From an uncultured Pseudomonadales bacterium (lineage in GTDB: Bacteria > Patescibacteriota > Microgenomatia > UBA1400 > PJMF01): 64,000 bases of DNA. The stretch is from positions 22,685 through 86,684 of the forward strand of contig CAYOIJ010000001.1 of the NCBI GenBank assembly GCA_964404025.1. Reading direction: 5' to 3'. The first letter of the stretch is position 1, and every line of letters begins with the position of its first letter. This document shows, in pieces, positions 38,525-49,114 of the stretch. Position numbers and translations under genes: made by a program. The notes under the pieces are model-generated. The model searched no databases. It was not told the origin of the DNA and saw nothing but the letters and a program-made list of their open reading frames with translations.

Positions 38525-39331
38525 ATGAAATTTAGTAAAAAACAGTGTTATTGGTTAGATTTTTTATCGGCAATGACACAAAAAGAAATTAAAGCACGTT
38601 ATAAACGAGCTACTTTCGGTTTTCTATGGATAATATTAAATCCTCTTTTACAGATGTTGGTCTTGGGTTTTGTTTTTCAGTTTTTTGTTCCAATCCGAGT
38701 TGACAATTATTTTCTATTTTTATTTGCAGGATTGTTGCCTTGGAATTTTTTGTCTCAGAGTTTAACTAAAACAACACCAGCTTTTTTTTATGAAAGAAAT
38801 TTAATTAAAAAAGCTAAATTTCCTAGAGAAGGAATTGTTTTATCAATTATTTTTTCCAACTTTTTTCATTTTTTGGTAGCTTTATCTCTGCTTTTGGTAG
38901 CTTTAATTGGTGATAAATTATTGATTGAAAGTTACGGTTTTGTACAAATAATTTTTTACATGTTAAGAATGTTATGGCTTTTACCGGCGATGTTACTATT
39001 AATAGTTTTTACCACTGGTTTATCCTTAATTACCTCATCTCTTAATGTCAGATTTCGTGACATAAATTTTATTGTTCAATTAACAGTAATGCTGTGGTTT
39101 TATGCCACACCAGTGATTTACACATTAAATTTATTGCCAGAATTTTTGTGGCCGATTTTTTATTTAAATCCGATGACTGCTATAATTGAATTGTTTCATC
39201 ACGCATTGATGGGTCTACCGATTACAATAACCAGCTTTATTTGGATGACGGTTGGAGTAATTTTCTGTTTTTTTTATTTTGGTTTACGAATTTTTAGCAG
39301 AGAAAGTAAAAATTTTGATGATTGGTTGTAA
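38525..39331 (+). CDS. wzm: ABC-2 polysaccharide exporter permease (Wzm)
   Basis: KARYK...GFLW..LNPL, GLLPW, FRD, FYATPVIY, LNPM. Confidence 0.92.
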   Translation: MKFSKKQCYWLDFLSAMTQKEIKARYKRATFGFLWIILNPLLQMLVLGFVFQFFVPIRVDNYFLFLFAGLLPWNFLSQSLTKTTPAFFYERNLIKKAKFPREGIVLSIIFSNFFHFLVALSLLLVALIGDKLLIESYGFVQIIFYMLRMLWLLPAMLLLIVFTTGLSLITSSLNVRFRDINFIVQLTVMLWFYATPVIYTLNLLPEFLWPIFYLNPMTAIIELFHHALMGLPITITSFIWMTVGVIFCFFYFGLRIFSRESKNFDDWL

Positions 39332-39343
39332 TTTTGGAAAAAT

Positions 39344-40054
39344 ATGACTGTTTTACAAGAAAAGACAATAAAAAAACGCAAAGTAAGCAATGAGGTTGCT
39401 ATTTCTTTATCTAATATTGGAAAGAAATATACCATTACTCACGAAAAACCAACTCTTGTAGAGGATGTTAGTAGAATATTACATTTTCAAAAAAAACAAG
39501 AATATTGGGCATTAAAGAACGTTGACTTAAAAATTTATAAAGGGGAAAAAGTTGGCCTTTATGGACCTAATGGAATTGGGAAGACTACGATATTGAAGAT
39601 TATTGCTGGTATTAGTGCTCCTACTGAGGGCAAAATAAAAACTAAAGGACGAACTGTTTCTTTAATAGACTTGGAAGCTGGTTTTCATCCTGATCTAACT
39701 GGACAGGAAAACATCTTTTTAAACGGCTTAATTATTGGTATGGAAAAAAATGAAATAAAAGAAAAATTTAATAAGATTGTTGATTTTGCTGGTATTGGTG
39801 ATTTTATTACCGCACCTTTGTACACCTACTCTAGTGGCATGAAGTTGAGATTGGGTTTTAGTGTGGCAATTCATTCTAATCCGGAAATATTACTTCTTGA
39901 TGAGGTAATCAATGCAGGAGATGAAAAATTTCGAGAAAAAGTTTGGAACGTTTTATTAAAAATGTTTGATGAAGAAATTACAGTGTTGATGGCCAGTCAG
40001 TGGTTGGAGATACTAAACAAACACATGTCGAAGATTATAAGTTTGTCTAAATAA
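39344..40054 (+). CDS. wzt: ABC polysaccharide exporter ATPase (Wzt, no C-terminal CBM)
   Basis: WALKNV, GPNGIGKT, GFHPDLTG.EN, YSSGM, LLLDE. Confidence 0.93.
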   Translation: MTVLQEKTIKKRKVSNEVAISLSNIGKKYTITHEKPTLVEDVSRILHFQKKQEYWALKNVDLKIYKGEKVGLYGPNGIGKTTILKIIAGISAPTEGKIKTKGRTVSLIDLEAGFHPDLTGQENIFLNGLIIGMEKNEIKEKFNKIVDFAGIGDFITAPLYTYSSGMKLRLGFSVAIHSNPEILLLDEVINAGDEKFREKVWNVLLKMFDEEITVLMASQWLEILNKHMSKIISLSK

Positions 40055-40066
40055 TTGTTTTATTTT

Positions 40067-41113
40067 TTAATCGTTTATTAAAACCTTATAAGCTGATAAA
40101 AAGAAAACCTCCTTTTTTCTAAATCCACTTTTTTTTAAAACACTAATAAAATCTGTAATTTTATAAAATTTATACCAGTTCTGGTTAAAATTTAACTTTA
40201 ATATTGATTTTTTCAGCGAAAGAAACAAGTAGCCATATTCAATATCCTTGGTTGAGGAATCGGGAGTAAAGTGAATAAAAGTAATTTTTTCATTCTTAGT
40301 TTTCAATAAGGAGTAACTTTTATCCAATGCTTTTGGTTTTTTTTGACTCAAATACAGGCAATACACTGTTTGTTCTACTAAGTGAATCTGATATAAAAAT
40401 TCTACGCCTCTGTAGTAGTCTCTAATTATTCTTTCATACAAGGCATTACCAATGTTTTCTAACCAGTGATTTAAGTTTTTAAGGGTTCGCTGAGGATTTA
40501 CTGATTCTCTATTTATGCATAGCAAGCCACTATTTAATTGCTGAGGTAGGTTTTTCATTTTTAAATACTTTTGTGCCTCAATCGGTGAAATTACTTTAAA
40601 GTTCAAGTAATCCTGCAAGTACAATGAAAATAAATTTTTTGCATCTTTATCATTTACCCAGTCGATAATTTTTTTAGGAGAAGAAAAAAATAAACAGTCG
40701 GCATCTATAACAATGATTTTCTTGTATTGAGATAAAATTGGAGTGAATAATTTTTTTCCTGCCCAGGTTTTTTGATACATCTCCTCTGCAATTGAATGTT
40801 TTTTAAGCAGCGTTAGTGTTTGGGAATTAAGTTTTTCTAATAATTCAAATTCAGAACCCATTAATTTTATAAGCTTTTTGTGAAACTTTGTAAGTGATCC
40901 GTCATTGACGAAAATGATTTTGACATTTTTCACGAATTTTTTAAAACTAATTGCACTCAAAATTCCTAAATATATGTATTGATTGCCAACAGTAATAAAA
41001 GCAGCGGTGTTTTTTATTAATTTATTTTTAGAATTTTTCTTAAAAGAAATAATTAATACATTGACAAATATGGCAGTATTGACAATGTATCTTTTTAAAC
41101 GATGTTTGATCAT
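40067..41113 (-). CDS. putative GT-A fold glycosyltransferase (GT8-like)
   Basis: NDGSL, IDAD motif, NSGL, EQT. Confidence 0.6.
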   Translation of the reverse strand: MIKHRLKRYIVNTAIFVNVLIISFKKNSKNKLIKNTAAFITVGNQYIYLGILSAISFKKFVKNVKIIFVNDGSLTKFHKKLIKLMGSEFELLEKLNSQTLTLLKKHSIAEEMYQKTWAGKKLFTPILSQYKKIIVIDADCLFFSSPKKIIDWVNDKDAKNLFSLYLQDYLNFKVISPIEAQKYLKMKNLPQQLNSGLLCINRESVNPQRTLKNLNHWLENIGNALYERIIRDYYRGVEFLYQIHLVEQTVYCLYLSQKKPKALDKSYSLLKTKNEKITFIHFTPDSSTKDIEYGYLFLSLKKSILKLNFNQNWYKFYKITDFISVLKKSGFRKKEVFFLSAYKVLIND

Positions 41114-41248
41114 AAGTTGTTGTGTTTTAAGTTTTAGTTTTTATAAGTAAATAATAGACTAATCTTTTACCAGCAGGGTTCAGGTAATGATATACTATGT
41201 GCAATTATTCTACAATAAAGGCATGGGAATTATTTTTCGATATAAATT

Positions 41249-42625
41249 ATGAAAACAAAGGTTATTTTTGTTAATCCACCATTTTATAGGTCAGAAAATT
41301 CAAACGCATCCAATAACTTCAAGGTGGATGGACCGAGATTTCACAAGATATATAGGAACATCCCTCAATTATTAAAAATTTGGAATAAATTTAGAGATCC
41401 TACGGTTAGATTTGGTGTAAGAGCTGGGTCTAGATGGCCGTGGACTTGGGATCAGCCCCTAGAACCAATTCACTATCCATTTATGATGGCTTATGCAACT
41501 TCATATTTGATTTCAAAAGGAATAGAATCAAAATTAATTGATTCTATCGCTGAAGAAGACTACTCTTATTCTAACTTTCTCAAAAAAATAAAAAAGGAAA
41601 AAGCAGATATTGTTGTCATGGAAACCTCTATGATTTCTTTGGACATTGATATGTGGTTGGCTAAAAAAATTAGTAGCTTTAGCGAGGTAGGAATAGCTGG
41701 CTCTTATGTAACTTATTATGCTCAAAGTATGCAAAATAAATATCCTTTTATCAGCTATTTGTTGCCAGGAGAATATATAAAATCATCTTTTAAAATGGCA
41801 GTCAAGAAACAAAAGGGTGTTTATAAATCAGAAATTATAAGTGACTTGGATGCATTGCCTTTTCCATACAGAGACTATCCAGAGTCAATAAAGTATTACG
41901 ATCCTACGATGCCAACCCCCAAGCCTCAACTGCAAATTTATGGGAGCAAGGGTTGTCCCTTCAAATGTTCGTTTTGTCTTTGGACTCAAACCATGTATTT
42001 TCATAAGTTCACACTGAGAGACCCTAAGAGAATTGCCGAAGAAATTAAGCATTGTGTAAAAAAATATAAATTTAAAAGTATTTTTTTTGATGATGACACT
42101 TTTAATATTGGCAATGAACGCATAAGTGAATTATGCGACCTATTAAAAGAAATTAATTTACCATGGACGATGATGGGGAGACTAGATTGTTCTCCTGATT
42201 GGTTGATTGACAAAATGGTTGCTTGTGGCTGTGTTGGCATGAGGTTTGGTTTGGAGACTTTTAATAAAAAAGTTAGTAAAAGAGTAGATAAGGGATTGGT
42301 CGATCAGAATCTTTACAAGAAAATAAAAAGATTGAGTGATAAGTATCCTAAATTAATGTTGAGAATATTCATGATGAAAGATTTACCAGGTCAGACAAAT
42401 CAAATGCATCAATCTGATATGAAAAAATTACAAGGTCTAGGATTTAAAGAATTTGGTGATAAATATAGACAAATTCAAGTATCTGTTTGTGCGCCTTTTC
42501 CCGGAACTAAACTGTTTGAAGAAATTAAGGACAAAGTTGATTCTGATAAATTAGACGATTATCGTTTATATGATGGGCACTTAAATACAATAATGAAATA
42601 TTTTAATAAAAATAATTCAAACTAG
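41249..42625 (+). CDS. B12-binding-type radical SAM protein (HpnJ-like)
   Basis: NPP start, RAGSRWP, SKGCPFKCSFC, FDDDTF, FGLE, PFPGT. Confidence 0.85.
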   Translation: MKTKVIFVNPPFYRSENSNASNNFKVDGPRFHKIYRNIPQLLKIWNKFRDPTVRFGVRAGSRWPWTWDQPLEPIHYPFMMAYATSYLISKGIESKLIDSIAEEDYSYSNFLKKIKKEKADIVVMETSMISLDIDMWLAKKISSFSEVGIAGSYVTYYAQSMQNKYPFISYLLPGEYIKSSFKMAVKKQKGVYKSEIISDLDALPFPYRDYPESIKYYDPTMPTPKPQLQIYGSKGCPFKCSFCLWTQTMYFHKFTLRDPKRIAEEIKHCVKKYKFKSIFFDDDTFNIGNERISELCDLLKEINLPWTMMGRLDCSPDWLIDKMVACGCVGMRFGLETFNKKVSKRVDKGLVDQNLYKKIKRLSDKYPKLMLRIFMMKDLPGQTNQMHQSDMKKLQGLGFKEFGDKYRQIQVSVCAPFPGTKLFEEIKDKVDSDKLDDYRLYDGHLNTIMKYFNKNNSN

Positions 42626-42636
42626 TATTTTCAGTT

Positions 42637-43494
42637 ATGAAAATTTTAATTGTTGGGGCTTCAGGATTTATCGGTTCAGCACTACATTTTTCTTTGGCAA
42701 AAAAAACAAAGGTGATAGGTACTTATTACAAAAACTACGTTCCTGGCACTTATTATTTAGATGCCAATAGTCCTGATAATATAAAAAACTTTTTAAAAAA
42801 ACATACAGATATTGATTTTATTATTTTGAGTCATGGTGTTAAAGATTTAGTAAAGTGTGAAAATGATTATTCGTTGGCTTATCAAAACAACGTTCAACAA
42901 ACAATTAACATTGTTGAATCATTAAAATGCTTTAATAATAAAGCTAGGGTTATATATATATCATCTAATTATGTTTTTGATGGAAAAAAAGGTTTATATA
43001 AAGAGTATGATAAAAAAAATCCAAGAACTATTTACGGCAAGACTAAGTCTTTGGCAGAAGACTATTTAATTAGCCAGGATGTTCCTTGGACAATTATTAG
43101 AACGTCTTCTGTCATAGGTTTAAAAAGTAGTTTTATTAGCTATGTTAAACGGGAGTCTTTGAAAAAGAATAAAATATTTCTCTATAAAAATGTAAACATT
43201 AACCCGACTCCAGCAACAATGTTGATGGATTTTTTTGATTTACTAGTCTTTGATAGTGATTTAAACAGTACTAAAAATCAAATCCTTCATTTTGTAGATA
43301 AAAAAATTGAAAGCAAATATAGCTTTGTTATAAATAACTACAAAGTATTGAGTTTAGAAGTTGAGATAGAGCCAATAATAAGTGAGAGTCCACTTTATTT
43401 TGAGAATTTAACAATGAAGGTTACTGATAAATTTTACTCTCAACTAAGCTCATCTTATGACAAATATTTAAGAGAATCACTAACTGAAAACTAA
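42637..43494 (+). CDS. RmlD-like NDP-sugar reductase
   Basis: GASGFIG, ISSNYVFDG, P.T.YGKTK. Confidence 0.85.
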   Translation: MKILIVGASGFIGSALHFSLAKKTKVIGTYYKNYVPGTYYLDANSPDNIKNFLKKHTDIDFIILSHGVKDLVKCENDYSLAYQNNVQQTINIVESLKCFNNKARVIYISSNYVFDGKKGLYKEYDKKNPRTIYGKTKSLAEDYLISQDVPWTIIRTSSVIGLKSSFISYVKRESLKKNKIFLYKNVNINPTPATMLMDFFDLLVFDSDLNSTKNQILHFVDKKIESKYSFVINNYKVLSLEVEIEPIISESPLYFENLTMKVTDKFYSQLSSSYDKYLRESLTEN

Positions 43495-43496
43495 TT

Positions 43497-44690
43497 TTAT
43501 TTCAATAATGAATTGACTATATTAACTAGTTTTTTGATTTCGATGTCCATATTAGCTTGTTCAGTCACATACTTGTAACCTTTTTCTATTATTTTTTCTT
43601 TTAAATCTGGATTCTTTAAATAAAAAGATATTTTTTTTTCTAGATCTCTGTTGCCACTACTGACTATTAGTTTGTTGTGCAGAGAGTGTTTTTTATTAAT
43701 AAATCTTGCATCGGTAATCACAAATCCCTTGCAAGCTAACGCTTCCAATGTTCTAAGAGTAACAACATTCAATCTTAAATGATCTAGGGCTGTAAAATTC
43801 AAACAAATTTTACTTGAATTATATAGACTTCTTACATGAGCTTGTGATATTTTTCCTCTGGATATTTGAGAAAAAATTGAACTGTCATAGTAGGTATAAC
43901 TATAAATGTTTGCAATTATTCTGACTTTTAAATTATTTATTTCAATTTCTAATTTTTGTTTTTTGTCTTCTATTTTTAAAATGAAATTATTGGCTATCTT
44001 TTTTAGATGTCTGAATTTATTTTTTAAATATATCAGCACAGCTTTAAAATTACGTTTATCTGAAGCAAAATTTTTAATACTTATTTTAATTTTTTTATAT
44101 ACTTTTAACTGTTTTGATTCTTCTTTTTTTATAATTTCTTTAGAGTTGGCTTGATTCCAGCCTCCAAATAATCCAAACTTGAATTTTAATGGTGGAAGCA
44201 GATATTTTTCTGTATGTTCTTTATTTTTAATATTATTCCCAACATAAACGACATCATAAGAATTCTTTTTTACTTTTTTCTCAGGGAAAAATATTTCTGT
44301 ATCTACACAAAAAGGGAAATAAAATACTTTTTTATTTTTTAATTTAGTTTTGTATGATTCATACAATTTTTTTGAAACAAATATATAGGCATCGTATTTA
44401 TATTTGCTAATTTTAAACAAAATCTTTTCAGATTTTTCTTGATAAGGATCTTGCAAATAGAGAACGTGTTTTTTTGCCCAATTTTTGTTTAAAGGCGTTT
44501 CGTCCAGATAGATCATCAAATCAATCTTTTTTAAGGGTAGATTGATGGCAGAATATAATCTTGCACGAATCTTATTAGGTTTATTAATTCTTTTACATAG
44601 TGATTCTGCATACAACTCATCTCCAACAACATAGTTATTGTTTTTTAGAGATCCTGTATGGTATTTTGTATAGAAACCAATATTAATCAT
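43497..44690 (-). CDS. CgeB-family glycosyltransferase
   Basis: YDVVYVG, YNSSKICLN, R.LEALAC.GF.ITD. Confidence 0.8.
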   Translation of the reverse strand: MINIGFYTKYHTGSLKNNNYVVGDELYAESLCKRINKPNKIRARLYSAINLPLKKIDLMIYLDETPLNKNWAKKHVLYLQDPYQEKSEKILFKISKYKYDAYIFVSKKLYESYKTKLKNKKVFYFPFCVDTEIFFPEKKVKKNSYDVVYVGNNIKNKEHTEKYLLPPLKFKFGLFGGWNQANSKEIIKKEESKQLKVYKKIKISIKNFASDKRNFKAVLIYLKNKFRHLKKIANNFILKIEDKKQKLEIEINNLKVRIIANIYSYTYYDSSIFSQISRGKISQAHVRSLYNSSKICLNFTALDHLRLNVVTLRTLEALACKGFVITDARFINKKHSLHNKLIVSSGNRDLEKKISFYLKNPDLKEKIIEKGYKYVTEQANMDIEIKKLVNIVNSLLK

Positions 44691-45616
44691 TATTGAAATT
44701 GTTCTTTTGTTGAATGATAGTTTGCTATAGTTAAACCTTTAACAATTTCATAAGTTTTTTTACTGAATTTTAAAAAGTTTTCCTTTACAGTTTTATAATG
44801 ACAAAAATTAAAAATATTTTTAAAATCTGAATAAACATATTTAAGATTTTCATTCAATACTTGCTTGCTTAATTGATGGTCAAATTTACCAATATAACTA
44901 TAACAAGCAATTTCTCCGCCAAGATAAGATAACTTTAATTTTTGATGCTCCTTTTTTGTTAGCCACCTATTGTGGTGCAAAATTATCTTGGGTTCATAAA
45001 GTATAGTTTTTTTGTTTATCAGAGCTCTCAGTGCTATTTCTGCATCTTCAGCACTTTTGGTTCTTGTTCCAGGTCCCAGCCATTCTTTAAAACCTCCATG
45101 TTTTTTAAAAAAACTGCTTTTCCAAGCCATGTTGTTGCCAAAACCTATGTTTTCCCAATGTTTACATGGTTTACTAATATATCTTTTTTGATTTTTTAAA
45201 AAAACTGCTGGGCAAACCAAACCGTTATTAATATTTTTTTTGTAAGGCAATGTTTTACCAAAGACAGCGACTATTTTTTTGTCATTTTGCAGGGTTGATT
45301 TAATATTTTTTAGCCAATTGAAGCTTGGTAAACAGTCATCATCAGTAAAAGCAATTATTGGAGTGGTGCTTAGTTTAATTGCGAGATTTAAGGCTTTAGA
45401 TTTACCTTCATTACTTGTATAAATATAGCGACAATTTTTTATTTTTTTAATTTCTTTTTTTAAGGCATGGCTCATCTTTTTTGAGCAACTTTGATCTACA
45501 ATAATTAATTCAAAATTATTAAAATTGCCATTATTTAAAGCCTGTAGACAATTAGTTAATTGTTTTTGACGATTTTTTGTTGCGATAATGAGAGATAATT
45601 CTGTTGACGTTGACAT
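44690..45616 (-). CDS. glycosyltransferase family 2
   Basis: SLIIAT.NR, IIVDQ, AFTDDDC, AED. Confidence 0.9.
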   Translation of the reverse strand: MSTSTELSLIIATKNRQKQLTNCLQALNNGNFNNFELIIVDQSCSKKMSHALKKEIKKIKNCRYIYTSNEGKSKALNLAIKLSTTPIIAFTDDDCLPSFNWLKNIKSTLQNDKKIVAVFGKTLPYKKNINNGLVCPAVFLKNQKRYISKPCKHWENIGFGNNMAWKSSFFKKHGGFKEWLGPGTRTKSAEDAEIALRALINKKTILYEPKIILHHNRWLTKKEHQKLKLSYLGGEIACYSYIGKFDHQLSKQVLNENLKYVYSDFKNIFNFCHYKTVKENFLKFSKKTYEIVKGLTIANYHSTKEQFQ

Positions 45617-45634
45617 TGATATAATATTTTTGTA

Positions 45635-46051
45635 TTAGAGGCTATAATATTTTTTTTGCACTGAACCGAGAAAAGGTCCTTGTTTGACTTCAAATATTTC
45701 AGCTTGTGTTAACAGTTCGAAGCTATGACCCAAAGATCTTTGAAATAAAATATCCCCCTTTTTTAAAATTTCAGTTTGAAATAATTTCCCTTGCTTGTTG
45801 TAGAAATTTACTTTAACTTTTCCCTTAACAATGTAAAAAACCTCCTGCAAGCTATCCACAGAACATTTTTGAAAGCAATGGTAATGAGCTTTTAATTTAG
45901 CACCTTTGGGCTTTTTATGATAACCAACTTGCAAATAATCTTCCTTTTTTGAAAAAAAATCCAAATTATCAATTGGAAACTGTGCCCTCACAATATAAGC
46001 AATTTCTTTGTTGTTGTAGAGGATTTTTTTGATGTTTTCTGTTTTTGACAT
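45635..46051 (-). CDS. cupin-fold NDP-sugar isomerase-like protein
   Basis: AHYH, QEVFYIVKG, GHSF, EVKQGP. Confidence 0.75.
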   Translation of the reverse strand: MSKTENIKKILYNNKEIAYIVRAQFPIDNLDFFSKKEDYLQVGYHKKPKGAKLKAHYHCFQKCSVDSLQEVFYIVKGKVKVNFYNKQGKLFQTEILKKGDILFQRSLGHSFELLTQAEIFEVKQGPFLGSVQKKYYSL

Positions 46052-46242
46052 ATTTGGTTAAAAACTAGCGGTGTAGATTAAATACAAAATACAAATAAAA
46101 AACACTAATAGCAACCAGTATTTAATTTCGATCAATTTATGACATAATATACCAGATAATCAACATTTTATTTATTAGAGCTTTTACTCTTTTGAGGTTT
46201 AGATTTATTAAACTTCACTGTTAGAAATTATTAAAAAAATCA

Positions 46243-47409
46243 ATGGATATAATTTTTTCAACCTATGAGGCTAAAGAAATTGGTGGAAGTTATTTGCGTT
46301 CCTTGTCTTTAGCGCAGGGATTAACTGAGCTAGAACATCAAGTGACTTTGTGGACTAGTGCTAAAAAAATTAGTTTCTTACCAAAAGTAAGTTATGAAAA
46401 GGGTGTAAAGGTTGTAGAATCAATAGGCTTAATGCCTTATCGTTTTCGAAAAGGGGGAAATGACATTTTTGATATTTGTTTTAGAAGTTTGGCTATTTTC
46501 TTTTCAAAATGTGATGTTATTCAAAGTTTTAATCATCGGCCAGCAGCGACTATTCCTGCTTTGATTAAGTCTCGCTTTTTTCCAAAAACAAAGTGGTTTT
46601 TGGATTGGGCTGACCTCTGGGGAAGAGGAGGTATAGCAGATCGTCGTTATGGACCTTTTAGTTTTTTAACAGTGAATTTTGATCATTATACTGAGCGTCT
46701 TTTTATTCGTTTAGCTTTTGCTGTTACAGTAATTAGTGATGATTTAGTTAAAAAAGCTAAATTAATTAGAAAAAAAAAGAACAATGTATTTTTTCTAGGT
46801 GTTGGAGCTAATATTCAAGGCATTAAGACGATGTCTAAATTTCTTGCGAGACGCAAACTGGGTTTGAGTCAAACAAAAAAAATACTAGTTTATTTATATG
46901 TTGGTACTTATGATGAAGAGTTATTGGCTAAAACTTTTATAGAGTTAAACCATTTAAGGAAAGATGTGCTATTAATGTTGTTGGGTCCTCCAATACCAGC
47001 TTTCGAGAAAGAAATAAACGTTCATAAGAGTTTAAACAATAAGGTTATATATCAAGGAGTTGTTGATAGAGATTTGCTAAGTTTATATTTGTCGGCTGGC
47101 GATTTAATGCTTTTACCTTTTGCAGATAAAGAAATTAATAGAGGTAAATTTCCCAATAAACTGGGAGATTATTTGGCAGTTGGCAGACCCACGATTGCTA
47201 ATCCAACCGGCGAAGTTAAGAAATTATTGACTCAGGAAAAAGTTGGAATTTTAGCTCCAGAGACACCAAAAGAGTTTGCTTCTGCGATAAATAAAAGTCT
47301 TAAACAAGTAAGCAAATTAAGACAGCTGGGTAAAAATGCTAGGATATTAGCTGATAAACTATCTTGGCGCACTATTGCTCAAGAGCTTGAAGCTTTTTAC
47401 ATTAAATAG
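46243..47409 (+). CDS. glycosyltransferase family 4
   Basis: DWADLW, YVG, FPNKLGDYLAVGRP. Confidence 0.88.
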   Translation: MDIIFSTYEAKEIGGSYLRSLSLAQGLTELEHQVTLWTSAKKISFLPKVSYEKGVKVVESIGLMPYRFRKGGNDIFDICFRSLAIFFSKCDVIQSFNHRPAATIPALIKSRFFPKTKWFLDWADLWGRGGIADRRYGPFSFLTVNFDHYTERLFIRLAFAVTVISDDLVKKAKLIRKKKNNVFFLGVGANIQGIKTMSKFLARRKLGLSQTKKILVYLYVGTYDEELLAKTFIELNHLRKDVLLMLLGPPIPAFEKEINVHKSLNNKVIYQGVVDRDLLSLYLSAGDLMLLPFADKEINRGKFPNKLGDYLAVGRPTIANPTGEVKKLLTQEKVGILAPETPKEFASAINKSLKQVSKLRQLGKNARILADKLSWRTIAQELEAFYIK

Positions 47410-48222
47410 GTTTTTTCTAAAAAACCAAATATTTTTTTCTTGATTGAAATATATGCTTGGACTTAACTTACATAAGTGAACAAGTTTTGTTATCTGTCTC
47501 CATATAACTTTAATTATTGTTGCTAAGACAATTGGTGTTTTATCGTTTATTTCGGCGTAATATTTTCGGTGTTGATCATTGTTTTTTCGATTAGGATTGA
47601 GTCGATATGAGGCCAAACAGGCATCAACACAATAGAGTTGACTGTGTTGTGCAAATTTTTGCCAAAGCTTCATGTCCATTGAATAAGGCACTTCATCTAA
47701 TTTACCTCCAGTTTTTTCCCATAGTGATCTTCGCCAAAAAGTTCCCTCTTGCATAATAAAACCCAATAGTTTTCTGGTATATAATCCTTTTTTAATTAAA
47801 GACCTTATGTACAGAGGTTTTCTAGCTAAATATATGAGGTGTCCAGTTTCGTTTATGGTAGATGGCAAACTTGTTAGCCAATCTATTTCTGGAAATTTTG
47901 CAAAAATGCTAGCTACTAGCTTGAAGGTGCCTGGTTTAATAATGTCGTCACTATTAATCCAAGCCATAATTTCACCGTTAGTTTGTGCAAAACCCTTGTT
48001 AATGGCATGAGATTGTCCTCGATCTTTTTTGCTCTCAAAATAATCAATTTTTTTTTGATATTTTTTGATAATTTCCAAACTTTGATCACTTGAACCCCCA
48101 TCTATTATTAGATATTCAAAATTGGGATAATCTTGATTTAAAACTGATTGAATTGTTTCTTCAATAAATTCTCCTTGATTGTAAGATGGAGTGACAATAG
48201 AAATTTTAGGCAATTTCTTCAT
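47359..48222 (-). CDS. glycosyltransferase family 2 (WcaE-like)
   Basis: SIVTPSYNQG, IDGGSSD, GQSHAINKG, WINSDD. Confidence 0.93.
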   Translation of the reverse strand: MKKLPKISIVTPSYNQGEFIEETIQSVLNQDYPNFEYLIIDGGSSDQSLEIIKKYQKKIDYFESKKDRGQSHAINKGFAQTNGEIMAWINSDDIIKPGTFKLVASIFAKFPEIDWLTSLPSTINETGHLIYLARKPLYIRSLIKKGLYTRKLLGFIMQEGTFWRRSLWEKTGGKLDEVPYSMDMKLWQKFAQHSQLYCVDACLASYRLNPNRKNNDQHRKYYAEINDKTPIVLATIIKVIWRQITKLVHLCKLSPSIYFNQEKNIWFFRKNLFNVKSFKLLSNSAPR

Positions 48223-48247
48223 AGAAAAGTGTTTCTAGTAACAGACA

Positions 48248-49114
48248 TCAATTTTCTTCAACTGATATAATTTCACCGAGAACACTTACCTGATCAAAAT
48301 TTAACCACAAGTTTTCACCGACCAACAAGCTTTCCTTTTTACGATAAAAATAATAATCATTAATATTCTCAGCTAATAGATTCACATGTAGATAGACTTG
48401 GGTTCTTTCTGGATCTATGATTTTTACAATACCGCTTGTACTTGTAAGCTCTCTTTCTCCAGGCTTTTTTTCTACCTTAGTGACTTCTACCAAATTGGTA
48501 TTTTCACTATCTTTTACTGTGATACCTTTTTTTAGAAGATCGGCAATGTGATTGTCTATTCCCTTAATCAACACTTGACTGTTATTTACGTAATCAACCT
48601 TTGCTTCATTTTCTTTGATTTTTAAAACCAATTTAAAACTTTTTAAATCTCTTTTCTTTTCAAAAAGATCAATAATTTCTCCACTAATAAGCAAATCTTT
48701 TACTTTAAAAGATCTAACGTCATGTATTAGTAGTGGAATGCCCTCGTAAAGATATTGTTTAGTTACCTTATTTTGAAGAGCCTTAATCTTTAAAGTAACA
48801 TAAACATCATTAAAAACATAAGCATTGGGGTAGCTATAAACATCAGCAATTTCTATCAGAGTTTCACCTAATTGATTTTTTTGTGATTTTCCTGGAATGA
48901 TTTGTTCTACGTACCATGCTTTTGGCTGATTAGTATCAATGTAGTTTTCAGGATATTCATGATTAAAAAGTCTAATGGTGATATATAAGTACTCTGTTTT
49001 TCTACTGAATAAAAAATAAATACTGGCTGTAATAAAGAAGATAGCAAATAGAGCTATTAGATCAAAGATTTTATGTTTATTTTTGTTGTTTTTTTTAAAT
49101 AGTTTTTTTTTCAT
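48248..49114 (-). CDS. membrane-anchored protein with duplicated beta domain (DUF4330-like)
   Basis: N-terminal TM; two related halves each ending in G.I.. Confidence 0.5.
   Translation of the reverse strand: MKKKLFKKNNKNKHKIFDLIALFAIFFITASIYFLFSRKTEYLYITIRLFNHEYPENYIDTNQPKAWYVEQIIPGKSQKNQLGETLIEIADVYSYPNAYVFNDVYVTLKIKALQNKVTKQYLYEGIPLLIHDVRSFKVKDLLISGEIIDLFEKKRDLKSFKLVLKIKENEAKVDYVNNSQVLIKGIDNHIADLLKKGITVKDSENTNLVEVTKVEKKPGERELTSTSGIVKIIDPERTQVYLHVNLLAENINDYYFYRKKESLLVGENLWLNFDQVSVLGEIISVEEN

Noticed and set aside
45987-46145. About 52-aa hydrophobic minus-strand ORF upstream of the cupin gene
   Set aside because: Overlaps the cupin gene out of frame by ~65 nt and is explainable by AT-rich composition
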